From positions 1,888,001 to 1,952,000 of the forward strand of contig OZ243938.1 of assembly GCA_965214095.1 (NCBI GenBank): DNA of 64,000 bases. The letters are read 5' to 3'. This stretch comes from Candidatus Poribacteria bacterium. GTDB taxonomy: Bacteria; Poribacteria; WGA-4E; WGA-3G. The translations under genes and the position numbers were made by a program. Shown in pieces: positions 41,844-51,600 of the stretch. Position 1 is the first letter of the stretch, and every line of letters starts with the position of its first letter. The notes beneath the pieces are model-generated. The model did not search any database, had not been told where the DNA came from, and was given only the letters and a program-made list of their open reading frames with translations.

Positions 41844-42159
41844 ATTCGTTTCCCTCTGCTAATTCTTTGAGCTTAATCTCACGAATGAGTGATTTCGTCT
41901 TATGATATCTATAAAGTCCAAGAAAAAAAGTCACAGCACCAATGAACATAAATAACCCACCTATTGCACCGTCAGCAATCGGTGAATTCATAATATGGAA
42001 ATGTACAAAGGATAATCCTGCAACAAATAGCGTCAAAGCCGTGCGGATGTAGGCGAGGAAGGTTCGCTCATTGGCAAGTATAGTTCTGTCCGCAGCCAGA
42101 TGATCCCGAAGTATCAACTGGCCCTTGATACTTTCATAAGGTTTCTCATGTTCTACCAT
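41833..42159 (-). CDS. DUF202/YidH-family membrane protein
   Basis: RDHLAADRTILANERTFLAYIRT. Confidence 0.88.
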   Translation of the reverse strand: MVEHEKPYESIKGQLILRDHLAADRTILANERTFLAYIRTALTLFVAGLSFVHFHIMNSPIADGAIGGLFMFIGAVTFFLGLYRYHKTKSLIREIKLKELAEGNEYEN

Positions 42160-42184
42160 TTAGTACAATATGTTCCTTTTTAAT

Positions 42185-42517
42185 TCAGATAAAAGAGACT
42201 ATACAGATTACACCGATGATCCAACCATAAAAGATACTCATTAATCGAACTATTTTCGCAGTTTTACGATAGTGCATCGTATACAGGGCAGGATGCTGCG
42301 AGTAAATCTCAACACGTTTTGAAATGGACAAATCAATTCGTGGTATTAGAATATACACGACAAGGACGACTATCGCAAGCGCAAGAATATTAATCTTAGG
42401 AAGAATACTCAGACATAAACCGAAAATTCCCCAACGCCATTTTGAAACACTTCTTCGCGCATCCGACTTTGCAGTGTTAATCAGCAGTGCTGAAGATGTC
42501 ATGCTTGAGTGTTTCAT
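42185..42517 (-). CDS. Hypothetical membrane protein
   Basis: 110 aa, hydrophobic segments, fills the gap within a co-oriented operon. Confidence 0.55.
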   Translation of the reverse strand: MKHSSMTSSALLINTAKSDARRSVSKWRWGIFGLCLSILPKINILALAIVVLVVYILIPRIDLSISKRVEIYSQHPALYTMHYRKTAKIVRLMSIFYGWIIGVICIVSFI

Positions 42518-42536
42518 TTGTCTTTTCTGCTACCTA

Positions 42537-43289
42537 TCAACCATCATAACGGAGATTTTTGCCGTTGTCAGGTCCTCCCTGACCCCAAACCCAAACATTG
42601 CGGAAAAATGCCTGTTTTTCAGATGGTAACCCATCAATGATATGTTTTGGCACCGTCGGTTTGTGGAATTGACACCCAACAAAATTATAGCAATTAAACA
42701 CTGCAATTCGTGGACGATCCGGATTCTTCCAAGTGTCACCAGAATGACATAGGTTCTCAGTGAAGATAATCGCAGAACCAGGTGGACAACTATATGTCTC
42801 AAGGAGTGGTGAATCAACCTTACGATGTGTCTCTGGGATTTGGAAGTTCGATTTATGACTTCCGGGTAGAAACAGTGTGCCACCTTCACCTGCTTTCACT
42901 TCGTTCAATTCAAACACAACCCGTGTCAATGCTGAGTAAATTCTTCCATCATGGCATTGATAACTAAAGTTAGGGTTCACATTTCGCACACCACCGTGTG
43001 GTGGCGGTCCCCCATTTCCCTCAGACCTATAGGTGAACCAACTTGATTCCATACGAATTTCACCCAAAGTTTCTTTGAGAATATCAATTATAGTTGGATG
43101 GTCAATCAAGATTGAAGATGCACCGCCGGGAAATTGTCGCTCATGCGGAGGTAATGCCTCGGGATTTGTGCGAATTGTGTCAACTTGGGTTTTAATTTCA
43201 TTTATCTCTGAGGGTGTCAACACTTCTGGAATTAACAAATACCCTTTCAGATCAAAGATAAATTTCTGTTCTTCAGTCATAAGATTCAT
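42537..43289 (-). CDS. Phytanoyl-CoA dioxygenase (PhyH)-family protein
   Basis: FDLKGYL, PHGG, GGTLFLPGSHKSNF, FTENLCHSG..W....R. Confidence 0.85.
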   Translation of the reverse strand: MNLMTEEQKFIFDLKGYLLIPEVLTPSEINEIKTQVDTIRTNPEALPPHERQFPGGASSILIDHPTIIDILKETLGEIRMESSWFTYRSEGNGGPPPHGGVRNVNPNFSYQCHDGRIYSALTRVVFELNEVKAGEGGTLFLPGSHKSNFQIPETHRKVDSPLLETYSCPPGSAIIFTENLCHSGDTWKNPDRPRIAVFNCYNFVGCQFHKPTVPKHIIDGLPSEKQAFFRNVWVWGQGGPDNGKNLRYDG

Positions 43290-43302
43290 CTCCTCTAATC
43301 AT

Positions 43303-44560
43303 CGGGCAGGAGACCCCGCTGCTTTAGCACGGGGAGGAATGCCCGTTCCTATCTATATTGAAAGTTTAGTTTAGTTAACACCTTGAAATCTCTTTGTTTT
43401 GCACCCGTTGTCAATCGTTTCCCATCAATGCTATAGATTGAAAACAATCCTTTTGCGTTGACACCTGCTAATCTTGTCAATCCATATTTGATATGCTTGA
43501 CAAGTGTGTTCTTGACCAATCCTTCTTTTAGCAAAGTGCCACCATATCGTGAACGGATACCCCCTTTTTTCGGTTGTTCTCTGTGTAGATTGCGTCTGGC
43601 TATTGGTATAGGTGATATACAGAATATATCTGTCGTATCTGGTATGCTATCACCGCCGACAGTATGATAAGCAAGACACCAACTATCCACACAATGTGTG
43701 TCAAAGGTTTCTGCTAACTTCTGTTTAGACTTTTTCAACCCAAGCCTATCACGGATTTCCTTTGTTTCGTATCCTTGGAGTGTTAGCAGGTGCCATCGCT
43801 TCTTGATTTCAGTATAGAACCACTGCTTACCAACTTCCAATGGACTAAAAGATTGATTCCACTTTTTAGCGCGTTTGATAGTCCGTGCTTTGATGTCTTC
43901 TACACATACATGACTAATAGGATAGAGTTTAGATAACCAATTAAGTATCCTTAACTTCCAATCCCATCTCGCACGCGTGCCAGCAGGTAGACGTTCTCTG
44001 TTAGCAAGTTTGTTTGTCCTATTTTTCCGATTAGGACACTTCCGTGAACGCCTACATCTACGAAGTTCACGTCTTTTTTCAACCTTTTTACCAACCTTGT
44101 TATGTGCGTCTGCTTGCACATTCAGATAAGTATGTTTCTCTGATTTCACACTAAAGCCTTCTTTCTTACTACCAGGATCCACACCAACCACTATGTCTTG
44201 GAGTTCAGTGTCTGATGGATCAACATTTAGTCGGACGCAAAATATACCATTATTCCAAAAGGGGGTCGCTTTCCCTGTTTGTATCCAACGCCTCGCCCGT
44301 GAAGGTTTTGTAGGCATGAGAGGGTGTTGATTTTTGTCTATTACTGGAACTAAGATGTGTAAACCTCCGAAGAGTATATATTGCCCCATCCAGATCGGGT
44401 ATTCGTAGAGGAATCGGACTTGGGGAGCATCCGAAACATACATTGGACTGCCACGTTCAGAACACCCGATATATGACTGTAGAAAATAGTTTAACTTGTG
44501 GAGTGAACGCTTGGCATGCGCTTCGCACAAGCCCCGATGCTTTAGCACGGGGTTATTGAC
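43303..44560 (-). mobile_element. Non-autonomous IS200/IS605-family OMEGA element (omegaRNA + isrB), no tnpA
   Basis: Near-identical subterminal hairpins CCCCGTGCTAAAGCA(T/G)CGGGG at both ends (about 44532-44552 and 43314-43335). 5' end is GTCAATAACCCC; ATGA follows the 3' end. Confidence 0.85.
43349..44356 (-). CDS. isrB: IsrB-type RNA-guided nickase (PLMP/RRXRR + split RuvC, no HNH)
   Basis: PLMP, RARR, RuvC-I GVDPG, Arg-rich bridge helix RRELRRCRRSRK, RuvC-II VEDI, RuvC-III HCVD; no CxxC/HNH insert. About 335 aa from the ATC 7 nt after GGAGG (ORF-track start 44548 lies within the RNA scaffold). Confidence 0.85.
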   Translation of the reverse strand: MLVPVIDKNQHPLMPTKPSRARRWIQTGKATPFWNNGIFCVRLNVDPSDTELQDIVVGVDPGSKKEGFSVKSEKHTYLNVQADAHNKVGKKVEKRRELRRCRRSRKCPNRKNRTNKLANRERLPAGTRARWDWKLRILNWLSKLYPISHVCVEDIKARTIKRAKKWNQSFSPLEVGKQWFYTEIKKRWHLLTLQGYETKEIRDRLGLKKSKQKLAETFDTHCVDSWCLAYHTVGGDSIPDTTDIFCISPIPIARRNLHREQPKKGGIRSRYGGTLLKEGLVKNTLVKHIKYGLTRLAGVNAKGLFSIYSIDGKRLTTGAKQRDFKVLTKLNFQYR

Positions 44561-44582
44561 CTCCTAAACACTGTTTTGGATT
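44357..44582 (-). ncRNA. omegaRNA (about 22-nt 5' guide + about 200-nt scaffold)
   Basis: Scaffold begins GTCAATAACCCC...GGGGCTTG, the 5' hairpin typical of IscB/IsrB omegaRNAs, and lies directly upstream of isrB. The flank-derived guide is 44582-44561. Boundaries inferred. Confidence 0.72.
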
Positions 44583-44588
44583 TTGAAG

Positions 44589-44618
44589 ATTGTAGCAGGA
44601 TTCTACTTTAATTGGAAA
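44589..44618 (-). promoter_or_regulatory. Promoter driving omegaRNA/isrB/phyH operon
   Basis: Extended -10 TGcTACAAT (44597-44589) with weak -35 (TTCCAA/TTTCCA); predicted TSS near 44582. Confidence 0.5.
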
Positions 44619-44645
44619 TGTAAAATGTTTAGGAGAAAAAAAGAC

Positions 44646-44674
44646 TTGACATCGGCGACTAACTCGGTTATAAT
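44646..44674 (+). promoter_or_regulatory. Consensus sigma70 promoter of argF
   Basis: Perfect TTGACA-N17-TATAAT. Confidence 0.8.
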
Positions 44675-44737
44675 TATGACTTCTTTTCACAACTCCTCAC
44701 AACAAAACATACGAATATGACCATTGCGGAGGTTAGT

Positions 44738-45688
44738 ATGCACCTAATTACTTTAAAAGACTGGTCAGAAACAGAAATCCGAGAAACCGTAGAAAACTGT
44801 ATCAAAATCAAGAATCACCCTGAGAAATATAGGCATGCCGCGTCTGCATTGAGTCTTGCATTGCTATTTCAAAAGACATCCACTCGGACACGGTGTGCTG
44901 GAGAGATTGGAATCTTACAGTTAGGCGGACATGCACTTTATTTAGACTGGCGAACAACGAACTTCGGATTGGCAGATCTCGGAGACGAAATGCATGTCCT
45001 GTCCGATTACGTTGATATTATATTAGCACGTTTCTTGAAACATAGTGATGTCCGAAAGGCTGCGGATGCCGCATCTGTCCCAATCATCAACGGTTGTTGC
45101 GACAGATACCACCCAACACAAGCCATTGGTGATCTTATGACGATACAAGAACATCTCGGGAAGTTAGAAGGTGTTAAGGTCTGCTTCATAGGTATTCATA
45201 ACAATGTGTGTAATTCGTTGATATCCGCAGGGATGAATGTCGGACTTGAAGTAACCGTTATTGCTCCTGAAGTTAACCCTGCTGCCGTTGATGAAGAACT
45301 ATGGAGACAGGCGGAACAAAAAGGGTGCTATAAATCCATACCTACAGATCCACTTGACACAAATGCAGCACTAAAGGAAATTATTGCTGAAAACGATGTT
45401 GTCTACACAGATACTTGGTTAGATATGGAATTCTTTGCAGATCCTGACTTTGCGGAGGAACGGGAACGTCGTATGAAACTGATGATGCCCTATCAGTTGA
45501 ATCCTTCGCTTCTTAAAGGAGTTGACTGTAAGATAATGCATTGTCTACCTGCACATCGCGGTTATGAAATCGCTGGTGAACTCCTTGATGACCCACGTGC
45601 TATCATCTTTGAACAATCAGAAAACCGTCTGCACAGCATGAAAGCAATCATACTCAAATTGCTTGGACGTTCTTATAGTGAAATGTAA
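44738..45688 (+). CDS. argF: Ornithine carbamoyltransferase
   Basis: FQKTSTRT, HPTQ, VYTDTW, MHCLPAHRG, QSENRLH. Start at ATG 44738 after GGAGG. Exact substrate not verifiable. Confidence 0.85.
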   Translation: MHLITLKDWSETEIRETVENCIKIKNHPEKYRHAASALSLALLFQKTSTRTRCAGEIGILQLGGHALYLDWRTTNFGLADLGDEMHVLSDYVDIILARFLKHSDVRKAADAASVPIINGCCDRYHPTQAIGDLMTIQEHLGKLEGVKVCFIGIHNNVCNSLISAGMNVGLEVTVIAPEVNPAAVDEELWRQAEQKGCYKSIPTDPLDTNAALKEIIAENDVVYTDTWLDMEFFADPDFAEERERRMKLMMPYQLNPSLLKGVDCKIMHCLPAHRGYEIAGELLDDPRAIIFEQSENRLHSMKAIILKLLGRSYSEM

Positions 45689-45811
45689 AAATATGTGCAC
45701 ACTCCCCGGTAGATGCGGTTTCCTAACCGCATCTATGAGATTGAACAAACACCAGTTCGGTTAGGAAACCGAACCTACCATAGTATGTAAATAATTATGG
45801 TTTTTACTATA
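45674..45811. mobile_element. MITE/REPIN-like element with two inverted GTAG-type REPs, overlapping the argF 3' end
   Basis: TATAGTGAAA ... TTTTACTATA ends; GTAGATGCGGTT-TCCT-AACCGCATCTA (45709-45735) and GTTCGGTT-AGGA-AACCGAAC-CTAC (45755-45778). Confidence 0.72.
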
Positions 45812-45894
45812 TCTTATATCAGGAGTTAGAAAGACGCGTTGAAGAAAGCAATAGAGAGTGAACGTGAATTGAGTTCACACAACGAAGGTGACAA

Positions 45895-46179
45895 ATGGAC
45901 TACAGAAAGTTTTTCATAAGCCTTGCTTTACTCACACTTATCACCATCGGACTTATCGTTTTCGTCACGTATACTTATACCGGTTATACGCCAGAAGGAA
46001 TGATCGTTTCTCTGTTTATTACAATATTGAAACTGGTGTTCTTTGGGTTAGTCGTTATTGCACACTTATATCTTACCTATCTTGTATTTCTATTTTTGTT
46101 CCGGTTGCTGCGAAAGTTACTCTATTTTATTTCCGCCACATTGCGGAGAATGTATCAGATAATTTGCGCCAGACGGTAG
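45895..46179 (+). CDS. Hypothetical membrane protein
   Basis: 94 aa, strongly hydrophobic, GAAGG RBS. Confidence 0.5.
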   Translation: MDYRKFFISLALLTLITIGLIVFVTYTYTGYTPEGMIVSLFITILKLVFFGLVVIAHLYLTYLVFLFLFRLLRKLLYFISATLRRMYQIICARR

Positions 46180-46267
46180 CATCTATGAAAGCGTATACCA
46201 GTAAAGTGTTTCTGAGCTTACTCTCAATCCTGATATTGATTTATTTTTTAAATTTTCTGTATAAAGC

Positions 46268-47419
46268 ATGAATAACTTTCTACAACACCTTGAATGCAGC
46301 AGTTGTCGTGAAACGTACACATATTCAGAACCGCAGAACCTCTGCCATTCTTGTGGGAAACCTCTCTTTGCCCGATATGCACTTGACCAGTTGATTGATA
46401 CTTGGAAACCAAAACAGTTACAGTCAAGACCCAATACTTTGTGGAGATATAGGGAACTGCTCCCTATCATCAATGATAAACATATCGTGTCACTCGGTGA
46501 GACGATGACACCGCTCATCCACGCAAAGAGACTTGGGACACAATTCGGTCTGCAACAACTCTGGATTAAGGACGAATCCCGTTTGCCGACAGGTAGTTTC
46601 AAGGCACGCGGATTAGCAATGGCTGTTTCCAAAGCGAAAGAACTCGGTATTAAAAAACTGGCAATCCCATCTGCAGGAAATGCAGCAACTGCATTATCAG
46701 TTTATGCTGCATCTGCGGGGATACCGGCATATATTTTTATGCCGAAAGACACACCCACATATAATATTGAAACCTGTCAACTTGCTGGGGCAAACGTTGC
46801 ACTTATTGATGGTTTGATTAGCGATGCTGGTAAGTTAGTTGCAGAACGGAAAACGGATGAAAACTGGTTTGATGTGTCTACACTTAAAGAACCATACCGT
46901 GTGGAAGGGAAGAAAACGATGGGATTTGAGTTAGCAGAACAATTTGGATGGAAGCTGCCAGATGTGATTATCTATCCTACGGGTGGTGGAACAGGTATTG
47001 TTGGCATGTGGAAAGCTTTCACAGAATTAGAGGCAATCGGATGGATAGGTAAGAAACGTCCGCGTTTTATATCGGTTCAAGCAGAGGGTTGTGCGCCAAT
47101 TGTAAAAGCATGGAATGAAGGGAAAACGCATGCTGCACCTTGGCAAAATGCTCAGACCATCGCAAGCGGATTAAGAGTGCCGCAAGCAATCGGTGACTTT
47201 CTGATTTTAGATGCTATACGGGAAAGTGGAGGAACAGCAGTTGCGGTTTCGGATAATGAAATCAATGATGCTATGCAGATGCTACCATCAACTGAAGGGG
47301 TATTGACATGTCCTGAAGGTGCTGCGACTGTCGCAGCATTAAAAGAACTTGTTGCGAACGAAACAATCAAGTCATCTGATCAGGTAGTGTTGTTTAATAC
47401 GGGTGGGTATCAATCGTAA
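46268..47419 (+). CDS. thrC: Threonine synthase (PLP-dependent)
   Basis: N-terminal CxxC..CxxC, PTGSFKARG, SAGNA, EGKKTMG, PTGGGTG, FNTG. Confidence 0.88.
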   Translation: MNNFLQHLECSSCRETYTYSEPQNLCHSCGKPLFARYALDQLIDTWKPKQLQSRPNTLWRYRELLPIINDKHIVSLGETMTPLIHAKRLGTQFGLQQLWIKDESRLPTGSFKARGLAMAVSKAKELGIKKLAIPSAGNAATALSVYAASAGIPAYIFMPKDTPTYNIETCQLAGANVALIDGLISDAGKLVAERKTDENWFDVSTLKEPYRVEGKKTMGFELAEQFGWKLPDVIIYPTGGGTGIVGMWKAFTELEAIGWIGKKRPRFISVQAEGCAPIVKAWNEGKTHAAPWQNAQTIASGLRVPQAIGDFLILDAIRESGGTAVAVSDNEINDAMQMLPSTEGVLTCPEGAATVAALKELVANETIKSSDQVVLFNTGGYQS

Positions 47420-47429
47420 GAAAAGAAAT

Positions 47430-47463
47430 ATCCGTGAGCACGAATACAATCACACCCACGGAT
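47430..47463. terminator. Hairpin between convergent thrC and the downstream gene
   Basis: ATCCGTG ... CACGGAT inverted repeat in the convergent gap. Confidence 0.45.
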
Positions 47464-47470
47464 AACAACC

Positions 47471-48238
47471 TTATCTATCTTCTTCAATATAATCGTATTT
47501 CGGTTTCTTTTCCTTCGTTGGCTCTTCTTTTTTCGTAGTCTCTGCTTTTGGGTTATTTGAACTGCTGAATGTTCGGTTGCCAATTTTATAGTCGGTAACT
47601 TTCAATATTGGATAGGGACCATCAAAACCAACGATTCTACCTTGTACTTCTACCACTTCATTCTTCTGCGCAGCATCAATCCGCAGTTGATCATATTCTG
47701 GCGAGGCAGTGAATACAAATTTCTGATCATCTTTACCGGTTGTGAGCGCATGTAACTGTTCAGAAGTATGCGGTCTATGTCGTGCCCATCCCGGTATATC
47801 CCGTATGCTACTACGTGAGAAACCTGGATATGCAAACAAACGTCCCTTCACTGTGGCTTCAGTTTTTAGCAGATGGACCTGACCTAATCCGTGTCGTCCA
47901 CGATAGCGGGAGTCTTTCAACTGTCGCATTATGTCATAGACATCAAAATGATGTGTTTCGCTATACTTTGAAACGCCTCGTCTCGGTTTCACTTCTACAA
48001 CTGTAGAAAAAAGTCTTTTCTTACCGTTTTTATCTATTGGTGCATGAAAGGTAACATCTTTTGGATCTGCCCACGGTGTCAACAGATGACGAATTTTGAT
48101 CGCATCCGCGACAGATATTACATCTGTAATCTCTATTTTCAAGGATTTTAGTTCGGCTACACTGAGTGTACTAATACCACAGATTAGAAACATCAATAGT
48201 GCAACACGAAAGATACTGCTGAAATTTGTGCGTTTCAT
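47471..48238 (-). CDS. Hypothetical secreted protein
   Basis: Signal peptide from ATG 48238 (AAGGAG RBS); 255 aa; no family recognised. Confidence 0.7.
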   Translation of the reverse strand: MKRTNFSSIFRVALLMFLICGISTLSVAELKSLKIEITDVISVADAIKIRHLLTPWADPKDVTFHAPIDKNGKKRLFSTVVEVKPRRGVSKYSETHHFDVYDIMRQLKDSRYRGRHGLGQVHLLKTEATVKGRLFAYPGFSRSSIRDIPGWARHRPHTSEQLHALTTGKDDQKFVFTASPEYDQLRIDAAQKNEVVEVQGRIVGFDGPYPILKVTDYKIGNRTFSSSNNPKAETTKKEEPTKEKKPKYDYIEEDR

Positions 48239-48367
48239 AATGTGCTCCTTGCTTATATTATCTATCTTATATCCATTAAGTCTATTATACATTGATTAAC
48301 TAAATTGTGCAAATGATATTTGTGTTTGTATTACTATTTCTCGTGAGACCTAAAATAATACACCTGT

Positions 48368-48429
48368 CGCCCCGCTGGGGTTTGCATTGGTCGTGGCACA
48401 TTTTCTATACACATTCCGCCCCGCTGGGG
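48368..48429. repeat. Two direct copies of the palindromic motif CGCCCCGCTGGGG (REP-like)
   Basis: Copies at 48368-48380 and 48417-48429 in intergenic DNA. Confidence 0.6.
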
Positions 48430-48606
48430 CTGCTCATTTTGATGTTTTCACACTTTTTCATCAAAGTATTATCCTATCCAAAACTCACAATATATTGCAA
48501 ATGCCAGCAATATCAGTATGTAACCAAGAGAAATTGTCCAAACTATAGTATGAATTAGTCTGATATATGTACTAACGTCCATACCACCCAATAGTTGACA
48601 GGATAC

Positions 48607-51600
48607 TTATTCTTCAGCACTACGTTTTTCCACAAGGTAATACAATGCAGGCAAAACAAGCAGTGTCAAAAAGGTGGCAGTAATCATACCACCGCTGATA
48701 ACAATTGCGAGCGGCTTCTGTAGTTCCGCACCTGAACCGTGTGCTAACGCAAGGGGGAGCATACCGAGTCCTGTGGTCATAGCGGTCATTAAAACAGGAC
48801 TAATCCGCTCTGATGCGCCTTTCATCACAGCATCATATAATGACATACCTTCGGAACGTAGTGCATTGATATGTGAAACCAAGATGATACCATTTCTCAC
48901 AGCAATTCCGAACAATAGAATGAAACCGACCATTGATGGAATACTCAATACGCCACCTGTTAAGAATACGCTGACTACCCCACCAATTAACGCTAACGGC
49001 AGGTTCAGTATTACCAGTAGTGTCAGTTTCATGGATCCCAATGCCAGAAACAATAGAATAACTATCCCGATTAAGACAAATCCTGTTTGTATGATAATCC
49101 GTCTCTGTGCTCGCTGTTGACTTTCAAACTGTCCACCATACGTGAGGAAATACTCTTCTGGTATATCAATCTGTGATTCAATTTTATCCTGAACTTCTGT
49201 AATAAAGTTCCCTAAGTCTCTATTTTGAACATTACATTGAATTACGATGCGCCGGGATACATTTTCACGGTTGATAGTATTCGGTCCCTTTCCAAAATTG
49301 ATGTCAGCAACCTGTCTTAATGGTATGAATGCACCTGAAGGTGTTTTGAGTTTTAGGCTGCCGAAGGATTCAACAGTTTTGACAAGTGTCGGGTCAATCC
49401 GAACAACGAGGTCGTATTGACGTTGTCCTTGAATTATCTGACTGACTGTTTCACCTTTGAATGCAGCCTCAGCGAAATGTGTGATGTCTTGAACACTTAG
49501 ACCGTATCTCGCCGCTTCAAACCGTTTTACCTTGATCTGAAGTTGATCGACCATCACCTGTTGTTCAACATGCAGATCAGCAACCCCGTCAATGTTTGAC
49601 AATACACCTTCAATTTCCTGTGCTTTCTGTCTTAACATATCAAGGTCAGGACCGAACAATTTCAATGCCACTTGTGCACTTACACCAGATAGGAGATGAT
49701 CCAGACGGTGCTGAATTGGTTGACCAACGGAGACCAAGACACCGGGGAAATTCTCTGTGGAAAGCAGTTCACGCACTTCTTCAAGTAAATCTTCACGAGT
49801 TTTCTCACGATCATCTGGCGGTTTGAAATTTACAACAATCTCATGTGTATTCACATCGTGTGCATGTTCATCCGCTTCTGCACGACCTGTCCGACTACTA
49901 ACACTTATGACATCTGATATCTCGTTTTTCAGTTTTATTTCCATTTCACGACCAATGCGTGTGGATTCTCCTAGCGATGTTCCTGGGGGTGAAAGTACAC
50001 TGATTGTAAATGTTGCTTCATCCATTACGGGTAAGAATTCCCTTCCTAATCTCGGTATTGATACAACTGTCAGAATTACCAATATCAATGCCACAGTCAC
50101 CACAAGCCAACGTAAACGTATGACGAGTGCAAGAATAGGACGGTATACATGTTTTATCCACATCACAACAGGCTGCAGCGTCAATGCCGTCTCAACATCT
50201 GAATCTGGTGCTAATGCAACAACGAATAGTCTCCATTGCACCACAAGATTACGGAAAAAATTGGATATGCTCCTAATCCAACCAAACATACCGCGTTTCT
50301 GCGTCCGGTCAACACCAGGGATGGTATCTTGCAACGGTATGTCTCTAACACGTCCTAACAGTAAATCACTAAGCACAGGAACGACAGTCAGAGCTACGAA
50401 CAATGATGCCGCCATTGAAATCACAACTGCCCATCCGAGTGGTCGGAACATTCTACCCTCAATTCCGCTCAGGCTAAACAGTGGTAAAAATACAAGGATA
50501 ATTATCAAGGTAGCAAATACGATAGACACGCGCATTTCATCACTCGCACGGGTCACAACCTGTGTCGGTGTTTCCGTTGATTCATTCCCTAACTCGCGGA
50601 GATGGAAATACTCTTGTAATCGCCGAAATATGTTTTCTACATAAACGATTGCATCGTCAACCACCATACCCACAGCAATTGCCAAACCAGCAAGCGTCAT
50701 AATGTTTAGGGTGCCACCTTGTAAAAGCAGAACAATAATTGCGATGATCAGAGATAAAGGAATTGCTGTCAGTGTAATCAGTGCTGTGCGGATGTTAAAG
50801 AGGAAGATAATCAGAACAATAACAACAAGGATTGCTCCATCACGCAATGCTTCTTTGACAGTATCTACTGCGCGACGAATCAAATCCGCTTGGGCATATT
50901 CGACTTCAACCTTAACACCATCGGGTAATGTTTCTTCAAGCGATGCCAATTCGGCTTCAACGCTATCGCTGAGTGTAAGCGTATTGATACCGGGTTGTTT
51001 CACGACTTTACCTAATACTGTTTCCTCACCATTCCGACTTCCTGCACCACGACGGATTTCAGGAAGCGTTCCAATCTTCACTGTTGCAATGTCCTTGACC
51101 AGAACGGGGGTGTTATGTTCGCGGACATCAATTACGACATTCTCAATATCTTCTACCGATTCAATTCTTCCTAAACCACGAATCATTAGTTCTTTGGCAC
51201 CCTTAATTAAGAATCCACCTGCAGCGTTGTCATTGCTCTTTTCAAGGGCATGGGCAACATCTTCAAGTGAAATACCGTAACTCACCAAACGTTCAGGATT
51301 GACAAAGACTTGAAACTGTTTAACATATCCACCAAGGTTAATTACATTGGCAATCCCACCTTGCGATTGGAGTCGATAACGGATGATCCAATCAGCAATA
51401 TCCCGCATCTCCATGGGATCAAGTTTATTATCCTCACTTGATTCATCTACGAGTGCATATTCCATTATCTCACCCAAGAGTGAAGATGTTGGTAAAATAA
51501 TCGGTGTATCAACTCCTTCTGGCAAATTGGGACCAACAAGTTGAAGCCGTTCATTTACCATCTGACGGGCAAGAAAGATATCCATTCCCCACTCAAATTC

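Noticed and set aside
43349-44548. Calling the RRXRR protein IscB, Cas9 or TnpB, or using the 399-aa ORF
   Set aside because: There is no HNH or zinc finger between RuvC-II and RuvC-III, and PLMP is N-terminal. The extra 64 N-terminal codons run through the RNA scaffold and end hairpin.
49757-50644. Long plus-strand ORFs (295 aa here; also 5832-6506, 25751-26398, 50702-51280)
   Set aside because: Antisense shadows of well-conserved minus-strand genes, with no recognisable motifs.
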